The translations under genes and the position numbers were made by a program. A stretch of 62,985 bases of DNA, counting the filler, from Choristocarpus tenellus KU-1152 (taxonomy: Eukaryota > Protista > Phaeophyceae): NCBI GenBank assembly GCA_964200185.2. It is 12 parts of 12 records of this genome, joined end to end, with 100 filler letters (N's around TTAATTAATTAA, not from the genome) between each part and the next. Parts side by side here need not be neighbours in the genome. Positions count along the whole stretch, not along the records: positions 37,124 to 42,715 come from CAXNAD020010311.1; positions 42,816 to 48,765 come from CAXNAD020009334.1; 10 more parts are not named here. One strand, 5' to 3'. The notes beneath the pieces were generated by a model. It made no database searches. It saw only the letters and a program-made list of their open reading frames with translations, and was not told the origin of the DNA. Shown here piece by piece: positions 39,088 through 48,865 of this stretch; position 1 is the stretch's first letter; each line of letters opens with the position of its first letter.

Positions 39088-39369
39088 TGTTGAGAATGGT
39101 ATCTCCTGAACTAATTGAGATTACAAGGGGAATATGAGATCTACCTTTAATGTTATGGGTGGAGGCCTGGATTGATGAGAGTCCAGGAAGTGAAGACTGG
39201 ACGCTAAGATCGCCATTCTGCAAGCACTTCACCTGGTGGCTGCGCAAACTTCTTCGATTTTTCTGCTGTTTTGTTTTACAAGAGTTCCATTGTTTTATAT
39301 ATTTCGTCTATTTTCCCTAGACCCTTGTGATTTGTGTGAGAGATTAGTCTATTAGAGTGTTAGCGGATG

Positions 39370-40380
39370 ATATCCCTCTAGAACCCAAGACTGTAAGAAT
39401 AGCACATAATTCTCCTGAATGTGGTTTATAGGATCGAACTAGAGCAGAAGAGATTTCTGATTTGTTGTTTGAGAATGACAGATGGGTGGAGGCCGTTTTA
39501 CTCCCTGGATGAAGGGCAATTTACACCAAATAGATCCACAAGGACAAGTTCAATAAATTTGGTAAGGTAGTGTGTGATCCAACGCGTATCTAGTAGCACC
39601 AGAATTTTCATGAGACTAAGGAAGCCTGGGAGCATTCTAGCCGCTGGGGCCATAAACTCATGGAAGAGAACACAGAAGGTCAGCGGAGGAGGCGGCCAAG
39701 GTACAACTGGTCAACGTACGCACCATACTACAACAGGATCCCCTACCAGAGACGAGATTAGGACCAATAGAAGATGTTTATACTGTGGACTGATCAAGCC
39801 TATTGGTCCTTGTTCTTTCGAAGGAATATGCTACAACTGTGGAGGTAAAGGACACCTTCAGACCGTTTGTCGCAAGAGGAGAGTGACACCGTCTAAACAG
39901 GTGGAGGAATGAGCTGGACCAGGGTTGGAGCCAGAAAAGAAAAACAAAGGTAGGTTGTCAGCAAAGGGCTACCTGCACAAGACTTGTAAGTCTGGGGAGA
40001 GTAAATAATATCTACTCCAGATCATCAAGAACCATCTTCTATATCAGAGGCACCCTGGTGAGGAAGGTTGTCAGCAAAGGGCTACCTGCACAAGACTTGT
40101 AAGTCTGGGGAGTAAATAATATCTACTCCAGACCATCAAGAACCATCTTCTATATCAGAGAGGCACTCACGGGGCCTGACATGCGAGATGGCAAGCGGCA
40201 ATGGAGAAGGTGGAGCAACAATGGATGGAAGGAACATTCATAAAGGAAGAGGTATTGACATGGGGATGAAATCCTGTCAAGACTAAGTCTGAGTTTAAGG
40301 TAAAGTCAACAGCTGAGGGGATCATTGAACAGTTCAAGATCAGCTTGGTGCACAGGACTTCACTCAACAAGAGGATGTAC
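39370..40380 (+). mobile_element. Scrambled Copia fragments: RT N-terminus (39370-39572), second gag zinc-knuckle end (39600-39912), ~113-bp tandem duplication (39952-40160), second RT N-terminus (40165-40380)
   Basis: EPKTVRIAHNSPE...EEISDL..ENDRW..LLPG*RAIYTK*IHKDK; CYNCGGKGHLQTVC; RWQAAMEK..PVKTKSEFKVK..GIIEQFKISLV..FTQQEDV. Confidence 0.8.
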
Positions 40381-40640
40381 GAGTCAAAGTATCTAAAAAG
40401 GGTACAAGTTTTGCCCTGTTTGTCCATTTGGGACTTGACTTCTCATGGGTTCTTTTGTTACATTTTCCAGTTCCAAAATGTTTAGGAGTAGGTACAGTGT
40501 GTATGTTATGAAAAAGTGTGTCAGGAACATGGATATTGACACTTATTAACAAACACGATAGCCAAAATTGCATCAAAATCGCAACATTGAACTTTGACCC
40601 CCAAATGGACGCGGCTCTACCCTTTAAGATACTCTGACTC
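40381..40640. mobile_element. MITE family A inserted into a Copia RT remnant
   Basis: TIRs; flanks TAC/TAC; interrupts ...FTQQEDV. Confidence 0.9.
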
Positions 40641-41022
40641 TACAAGACATTCAATTATGATAGTCTTCAAGCCTGGGGGAGTGAGTGCGTCCAACAAGAG
40701 AAACGGCAGAGGGGAGCTGGTTCAAATTTTCACTCATACACTAAGCGAGGGATCATCATGGGACACGATTGTACATCACTGTTTTGGTACGTCTAATGGA
40801 GCGGGTACAAGACTCTCTAGACACTGTGTTGACTAGATGAATGTCGTGTGTTAGAGTTAAAGCAATCTGCGTTCTTTTACTGCATTAACAGGATAAATGT
40901 GATGTGTGTGAGAGTTGAAACATTTTTTTTTTTATCCACTCTCATGGGGGAGTGTGCAGAATAAGACGTTTTAGGTTTGAGAGTTCCAGCAACTCCTTGA
41001 TTGCCTGCACTCTCATGGGGGA

Positions 41023-41341
41023 GTGTGCAAAATAGGACAATAGTGAGGTGTACCTTATTTTGTGTATGAGAGATGTAACTAATGAGGTATTGTACATTCA
41101 AATTATGAAGGGGATTATGTATTGGTAATTATTCTGCATTCAACTACTTTGACATAACCGTTGACTTAGGGGTAGGAAGCACAAATAAATATAAAACACG
41201 CCATTGAAGACACCCCACAAAGGTCACTCTTCTAAAATCAACCATGTAATCACGTCAGGCAATGGGGAACCATGTAAGGCTTCACACCTTCATGTCTTCA
41301 CTATTGATAAATAGCAATAACTCCCAAGGAAAATTGCACAC
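41023..41341. mobile_element. ~320-bp dispersed element (family C) with short TIR GTGTGCAA...TTGCACAC; other copies at 42641-42715 (inverted, truncated) and 46576-46904
   Basis: Reverse-complement similarity over ~300 bp to 46576-46904 (e.g. TTCTGCATTCAACTA, AAAGGTCACTCTTCTAAA, GGCTTCACAC). Confidence 0.8.
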
Positions 41342-41349
41342 AAATCACT

Positions 41350-41806
41350 CGGTGAACGCCATTCTATCGTACCAGCCAATGCCTGAAATAGAATGTTTCA
41401 GCAGGTCCTTGAAGAATTTTCGGTAATAATTCCACACAACAGGCATCAATAGTTTTTGGTGATGCAGGGCCGTACTGATGAGAGTGCAAACTGATTATGG
41501 CATTGCATTTAGAGAATATAAGCGGCAAATCTTCTTCTCCAGAACCTGTGATGGCCAGATCCTTCAGGATGTCTGAATTAGAGTACATAAAACGATTCCC
41601 TTCTGACTTTTGGGTGTGAGTGCGAGACATCGCTACTTTGTACAACAGGTCTTACATGATCGATGTAGGTTCCCTGGGCCTGAAGCTTCAAGAGGTCCTG
41701 AAGCCTTTCGGGCGGCATGGCGTTTGTTCTTGCGCACTTGTTGATATAGTGCACAATGAACCCGGGGATAGCATTACCGAGTTGAGTCTGTGAAAAGGCC
41801 ACCTCC
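41350..41806 (-). pseudogene. Frameshifted exon-like fragment of unknown protein
   Basis: After an AG: EVAFSQTQLGNAIPGFIVHYINK..LQDLLKLQAQG / LLYKVAMSR..DILKDLAITG..; two apparent frameshifts. Confidence 0.4.
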
Positions 41807-42815
41807 TAAGTAGTTGAATATGGAGAAGAATCAGAAGTCACGACGAGTATCACGGTCGCCCAAGCAGAGACGATGCTCAAGGGTTGTCAACACGATTCCT
41901 GCATGACCACGACGATCTGTTGGGGAAGATCAGGGGAAAGCTTGTCTACAATTCTCATTTCTTGCATTATTAGACAATACGGATGAGTGACTGAAGGAGT
42001 TAGAATCTAAATCATGGCCTGTTGAAGACTCCATGTCTTCCACTTACTTGCTTTCGTCAGCTTTCTGTTTTCCTCTCCTTTTGATTTCTCGAAATGTTCA
42101 GCCAGGCGCTCCTCTTTATGACGTCTTCTCCAGGTATTGGTGTTCAGCACGTTTGGTCAGAGTCACCAGTGTCACCAATATGAATCATGTGGTTCTGTGG
42201 CAGCATGGTTCACTCAGGCCAGGTTGGTGAAGAGAATCATCGGGCAAGACGGTCCATATGAACCAGGACGAACCGCAACCAAGAGGACGAGGTTACAGTT
42301 GGACAAATACAAAACTGCAAGGACCTGCAATAAACTGTGGAGACTGAATGATGATCTTGTGAGAGGGCACTATCAGAAATGTCAAGATGTGAGAACAAAG
42401 TGAATCTTTGATCTTTGACAAGTCTGAATGAAGGGCAAGTCCCTTATCTGTGGTACTGGTCTCTTGAAGAGATTCCATGGATTCATTCTCACGGAGGATC
42501 CTCCAGTAGAATCAAGGATTCCTGATAATGAACCTCAATCGGTATAACGGTATACGACATACGGCAATAACAGTATAATATAAAAACAACTCTGCTTTCC
42601 ACAATGTAATGTTTCTTGACATTAAACTATTAAAGAAAATGTGTGCAAATCACCTTGGGAGGTAATGCTATTTGTTAGTAGTGAAGATAAGAAGGTGTGA
42701 AGCCTCACATGACCCNNNNNNNNNNNNNNNNNNNNNNNNNNNNNNNNNNNNNNNNNNNNTTAATTAATTAANNNNNNNNNNNNNNNNNNNNNNNNNNNNN
42801 NNNNNNNNNNNNNNN

Positions 42816-42970
42816 GGGGGGTGGTTTGTGAGGGGGCGTCCGTTTCGGTCAAACAGCTATTGCTGACATTTCAAATCCAACACGTGCGACCAAATCACAC
42901 CAAAAAAAGTGAAAATCGAAAAAAGGGTGAAAAACGGACGCCGACACCCCCCCCCCAGATACTTTGACCC
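42816..42970. mobile_element. MITE family B variant at contig edge; related truncated copies at 1-79, 16227-16302, 36951-37023 and ~60330-60362
   Basis: The terminus CCCCCCAGATACTTTGACCC (or its complement) is shared; GGGGCGTCCGTTTCGGTCAAAC is shared with the 1-79 and 36951 copies. Confidence 0.8.
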
Positions 42971-42974
42971 CATA

Positions 42975-43670
42975 AACCTCTCCTTCACATACCACTGCTG
43001 TTGGTTTGTTGCCCTACCTAGTATTCCATCCTTCAACGGCAATCCCCAACTTCTCAAGGTCGACCTGGAGGCATGCCGACCAGTTCTTCTCCTGTTCAAC
43101 TTTGCGTCCGCTTTCCATCCCCAAGTTTTCCAAAAACCAGTACCTTGGGAAGTTGCTCAAAACCCCTTTGCGTACAACTGACCCAGCAAATAGGAGCCTC
43201 TGATTGCGCACCATTCCCTCAATACCCTCACACCCATTCTTCACAAGATCTTTGTGGGAGAGGATATAATCAATGTGTTCCCGTTTGTAGAATCCTATAT
43301 AACAGAGCCTCAGGTGATCAGCCTGGCGGAGTGTCCACGTCATACAATCATATAACAGAGCTTAAAGCACTTCAACTATGAGCATGCGAATCTTCGGTTC
43401 AACTGATACAGCTGGGGTCCTGTTATAAAGCACTTGGGTGTATTTGCGAAAACAATTCCAAGCTTTCTGAGTCCTTTGGCTGATCTTGTTCTGAAAGGTG
43501 ATAAGCAAGTGTTGTACTGTTGTTGAAATTTGAAGAGAAACATAATTTGTGTACCATTCCCTCTTCATGAAGTACAACGATACGTTGTATATTGTTGCGG
43601 AGCGAAGTGAAGCATTTGAAATCAGTCGAAGAACAGTTTTTTTTCACCAAATGCCACACACGGGGCAAAC
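42975..43670 (-). mobile_element. RTE-clade non-LTR retrotransposon, degenerate 3' ORF fragment
   Basis: ISQRTQKAWNCFRK..KIRML..; TWTL...MVRNQRLLFAGSVVRK..FPR...QEKNWSACLQVDLEKLGIAVEGW follows the RTE post-RT consensus (RLRWAGHVxRM..LPK..RGR..W...L..DL...GI...W). Confidence 0.82.
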
Positions 43671-44384
43671 AACAATATTTTTGGCCGATTTGAATTTAGC
43701 AATATGAGTCAACTGCCTACTTTCTATGTCCAGGATAGGACACAGCAGGGCATGATGATGTGAGTGGGTAACGGGGGGGGGAGTGAACTGGGGAAGAAAG
43801 CGGAAGGGAAGCTCCGTCGGTTAGTCCCACGAAGCTCCAGCAGTCCCAGGAGGAAAGGAAATATGGGGGTTTTGTGACTGGGTAAACTGTTGGGGGCTGT
43901 GCTGGGGACAAAGAAGATGGAGAACGTACTACGCAGCCACAGTGTGGTACCAGCATTACAGGTAAGAGTACCGGGGGTGACTGTATTGTGTGTGCCCGAG
44001 GAAAAACAGAAAAAGTTCACCAGGTACCAGTCACGGTGCTCCACCTGCACCAGCAGGAATGGACAAGGGACAACTCTGCCTGGGTAGCAGGGATGTGCTG
44101 TACGTGGATAGAAGGGGATGGCTGTTCCAGGGGGGGCTGTTGTGGTTGCCTTTTTACAAAGTTTGATGGTTGGGAAAAGAATGTGTATATGTAGCTGTGA
44201 GGTCTGTACCTTAGTTAGCCTTGAAAGCAGACAGTAGCGGAGAATTAAAATGGTATTAGAGGCATCACAGGTCAGGATCCTACACATCAAAAGCAATCAC
44301 ACACTTGAGTCAGCCATCATCTCGATAATATTCAACAAAAACGGTTGGAGTGTTTCACAGAAAAACTAGAGGTACCTAAAGTTG

Positions 44385-44605
44385 TATTATAAGGATGCTG
44401 ACAACTTCGTACAAAATTCGCTTTTTCTACATATGTGTATAGGATATTTTCTGAATTCTGTCGAAAAGTCTCAAACATCGGATAAATCAAAGCTCTCAAA
44501 AAAATCTTAAAACTTCATCCATAGAAATAGGAGCGAATATAAATGGATCGAGAAATTTTTACTTCAATAAAAACGGACAAAACCTGTGTACCGCTCGTTC
44601 GCTTA
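44385..44605. repeat. Old dispersed repeat, second copy at ~53862-54080
   Basis: Collinear blocks GCTGACAA, TATTTTCTGAAT, TGTCGAAA, GCTCTCAA, ATAGAAATA, AACCTG.GTACC.CTCG in both. Confidence 0.7.
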
Positions 44606-45934
44606 GGCTCAGGGGAGGAGGGAGGGAAGGGGGGGGTGCCTGATTATGTTCCTGGTACCCAGTGCTCCACACGTAGCAATGGCTACTATAAATTATATCT
44701 TCGTACTTCCTAGTGTTAACGTTGTGCCCACTGACTACTGACATTTTGCATATGTTATATTCAACTTACTATACATACAAAATAATTTTCAAATATTGCA
44801 GAGGCTGTACTTTGATGTCCACATAGCAAAAAATACCCTTTTACAATCTGGGCATATTTTTGACGGGATGGAAAAGGCCAGGTCAAAACATCAAAACTAG
44901 TAAATTAGACATCTTGATCGTCATAGATATTTCTTGTACTTCTATTCTCCTTCCAGTTTTGGCCCCCCATCTTATGAGATAAGGACCAGGAAAATTGGAC
45001 CCTTCTTAACGAACTTATCTCGAATGCAAGCTCGTGAGTCTTGGGGGTAGTCTCACACGTGCCAATAGCATGCATGCAGGAGAATGTGAGCGCTGGTGAA
45101 ATGTGCATGAAGAAGGCCTGTTGATAGTGTGTTTCAGCATAAAATCCCCATATAAACAACATTTTGTTTCATGTATATGCGTGAGGAGAGCTGATATATC
45201 TCAGATGTATCAAACTTCCATGGACTCCTAAAATCTCAATCTCAACTATCATTTTTAGATCTTCACCTCTCCTACTTCCCACGAACGAAGCCCAGCTTCA
45301 ATGCAGACAGCCTGTTCGACTGGAGATGATAGTACTCATTGCACACATTAGATCGCAAGCCTCCGTGAATCCACTACAATTAAAACACTCTCCCGTTGAA
45401 CATTGAATTTCAAGAATTCTTCTGTTTACATGAAGCGTTCGAGTAATTCAGCCTCCAGCACAAGGCAAACCTCCTTCTATGCCTCGAGGAAGATCAGCCT
45501 GGTGAATAATTTGTAGCCAAATTCGGGGTCAAGTAGGGGTATAGGCACTATCTGAGGTTAAAAGTGATACAATTGAAAAACACAAAATGAAGTATATCTG
45601 CAAGACATGGGAAGGCCGTAACTGCTGCAAATCCCTCCTCCAACATCACCCAACTTCCAGATCGGCCATGGCTACCATGGCAGGAGGCGAGACACAATCG
45701 AGGTTTCAAGCCATGGGTTGTAGGGCACAAGATGACTTACCGCCTATCTTCACCAGTCAAGCTGGTAAATAATGACCTTCCCCCTTGGAGCGTTTCGATT
45801 ATTCTTCTCTTGTCTGTTACCCTGTGAATCAGGCAGGAATCCAAGAACAGTATGAAAGAGATACCAGAGTTCTAACAATATCGCTGCTTTAGAGCGGAGC
45901 ACAAAGTTGGAAGGAACTTCACTCTCAATTGGCA

Positions 45935-46200
45935 GAGTGAAAATACCTTAGAGGGTACGAGCTTTTCCCTGTTTGTCCGTTTGGGGCTTGGCTCCCCACG
46001 GGTTCTTTACGACATTTTACACCTACTCCGAATTTTCTCGGAGTTCATAGAATGTAGTATACGTTATGAAAATGTGTGTCCGGAACAAGGATATATTGAC
46101 ACTTCCTAACAACCACGATAGCCAATATTACATCAAAATCGCAACGTTGGATTTTGGACCCCAAACGGACTCTGCCCTACCCTCTAAGATGCTTTGACTC
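45935..46200. mobile_element. MITE family A in an RGS intron
   Basis: TIRs; flanks GCA/GTA. Confidence 0.9.
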
Positions 46201-46452
46201 GTACCAAAATGAGGGGAGAGAAGAAAGAGTTTAAAATGAACCCCCAACGTATTGTTTCCGTAAGATGCATCTGATGAGGAAGTGCTTGAACATCAAGACA
46301 AGAAAAGTGATGCTCCCCCAAAAAGCTCAATACCTTCATGGTATCGTCAGTGACACGTCCATCACATCAGAATACTTTAGCAGATTGGAGGAAAATGGGG
46401 GAAGGGGGGCAAACGCAGTGAGGACTACGATGGGTAAATAGATTGAAACAAA

Positions 46453-47027
46453 CATCAGAAAATATTTTACATCCTGAACTTTTGGACTACCACTCCCTCT
46501 AAACAACCAATCCCAAAACACTCTTCACCTGATATTAACCTGATCGATTGACCCATCAGATATGTAGGTATTTGCTGTGCAAATTACCTTAGGAGGTAAT
46601 GCTATTTCTCAGTAGTGAAGATAAGAGAGTGTGAAGCCTCACACGACCCCCTTTGCTGAACGTGAAAAAAGAAAGGATGGTTGAAATTTAGAAGAGTGAC
46701 CTTTGTGTATGGTGTCTTCTATTTGCTTGTTTATTATTTATTTGTGCTTCCTATCTGAGCCAACGGTCATGTCAAAGTTAGTTGAATGCAGAATAAATAC
46801 CAATACATATTTCCATACATAATCTGGATGTACTATCTCATTAGTTACATCAAATGGACTCAATTCAACACAACAATCTCATATACACAAAATAAGGTAA
46901 CAGTCATCAGAAAAAATATTACATCCTGAACTTTTGGACTACCACTCCCTCTAAACAACCAATCCCAAAACATTCTTCACCTGATATTAACCTGATCGAT
47001 TGACCCATCAGATATGTAGGTATTTGC
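46453..47027. repeat. 123-bp near-perfect direct duplication (46453-46575 and 46905-47027) flanking a family C element
   Basis: CATCAGAAAA...TACATCCTGAACTTTTGG...GATATGTAGGTATTTGC occurs on both sides. Confidence 0.92.
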
Positions 47028-48865
47028 AATATGACAGAAGTCTTCAAATTGGTCACATCTACCCTGTGAGTCAGGGTTAAAGAAGTAACCTTCCTGATAC
47101 CTGCGTATGCATAAAGGAAGACAACACCCAATGCCAAATTTGTAAACTTGAGACTCCTGAGAATTTGAATACAAAACAAAACATGAGCGAGTATGGGAGG
47201 TGTCAACTTTGCTTTTACAAAAGCTTGGGCCCTCTAAAGAACAAAAAATGTCTGAGTAGCGTCCATCCTCTCACTATAACCCTGCTGTCTGCAAAAGTCT
47301 ACGCAACAATAACTGCAATACTATGTACTCATAAGATTTTCGCACTTGAGAAAAACACACCATTACACAGAAAATATACTGCCAACAAACAAAGATCGAA
47401 GCAACGCATTAAAGCAGAATTGTCATATTGTAGCATGTGTGGCGAAAGTTATCTTTGGTTTATGTAGTCCATGCAACTTTTCTACTCCAGCTGCACAAAA
47501 GTGTCTTAAACCTGGATACAGCTGCCAGAAACGAAATCGACTCCTGGCACAAAGCCTTCCTTGAAAATTCTTCAAAAGCCGCAGCCAGCATAGGTGTTGA
47601 AGCTAGTCGCTCGAAGGTCCAAAGGCCTGATACAGGATCCGGAACAGTCAAGCATATGGCTCTATCCGCTGAATTGCCCCCCTCTATAGTGCCACCAGAA
47701 TGTATATTGTCTGAGGTTCTGCCAGTGCATGCATTGGGCAGATTTAAAGAGAATAAGGTGTGATGTAGAGACCTTTATCACCATAACAGGCATCATCTAG
47801 AAGAAAGATAGTCAGTAGCTTGAGGTTCGAAACGTTTTCTTGCCTACAATTGCTGTGACTGTTTGGCCCATTATAATGATGGAGAAGAAGAAAAAAAATC
47901 TAACATTTCACATCCTCTATTGGCCAACTCACCTTGACCACCGTTTGATGTTATGGCTAACAATTACCCTATCCGTATAGCTCCTCTTGGACGGTGCCAA
48001 AGGATCACATGCCCACCTCCACATTGGCTCGACAATGCTGATAATATTTAGGTGCGAGGGATGAGACAGTGTGAAACGCCCTTGCCTTTACTTCACTTCT
48101 CAGCTACATTGTGGACATGTCCTTGACTAGCTTTCAACGCCCGCTATGGGGGCCAATAATCAGCACAGTGATCAACAGGTGCAACTTATATGTATGTAAT
48201 ATACTAAGTACTTCCAACACATATTCAATGTGTTTCGTACGCTTGAATCAGGCTTGACTTGGAAGTAGTCATTGAGTGGGGGCATGACCACAACCACGTA
48301 TACATTGTTCAGTACAATAAAGCACTGCTCACACACAAGCAACATAATTTTCTCCACATGTAGTTTTTCCCCAGAAGTTCATATTTCAAGTCCGTTGTAG
48401 GCATACCCAGGCGTTAAAACGCCAATACTTCACCTGATAATCAATTCCACGTTTGACACCATCAGTGGAAGAAAGTTCCCCGAAACTCTTGCAGCGAGTG
48501 CACTTCCATGAGCTTCCACCACCTTATTGGTGACTAGAATACGGCACACATGGTTGGGACATAAAAAAAAAGGTTACTACAGCAACTTGCTACTGCTCTT
48601 TTGATTGATGATCCACCTCACATCAAAATATGTTTGAACAGTGCGTGTGGAGTCTGTCAAGAATGAGGAATATATTTCTGACTACAAATATTGTTGAAAC
48701 CTGAATCGAATGCATTGTATATGATACATAGACTACGAAGGAAGAGGAATCATGGTGTTGTAAAGNNNNNNNNNNNNNNNNNNNNNNNNNNNNNNNNNNN
48801 NNNNNNNNNTTAATTAATTAANNNNNNNNNNNNNNNNNNNNNNNNNNNNNNNNNNNNNNNNNNNN

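Larger units (their letters stand above)
45348..48420 (-). pseudogene. 7TM-RGS (regulator of G-protein signalling with N-terminal TM helices), disrupted; exons ~48400-48212, 48037-47933, 47718-47512, 47100-46981, 45821-45741, 45498-45348
   Basis: Spliced peptide WTFERLASTPMLAAAFEEFSRKALCQESISFLAAVSR/YQEG...FCHIANTYISDGSIDQVNI/..TDKRRIIETL..EDRR/LIFLEA*KEVCLVLEAELLERFM*TEEF is a full RGS box. Hydrophobic segments lie upstream. In-frame TAG at 45477-79 and TAA at 45426-28; upstream part is frameshifted. Confidence 0.85.

Noticed and set aside
45426-45479. Stop-codon reassignment or readthrough suggested by in-frame TAG/TAA/TGA in several frames
   Set aside because: All three stops occur, alongside frameshifts, in TE or decayed sequence; intact VPS36 has none internally and ends in TAG. 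Ordinary transition decay explains them.
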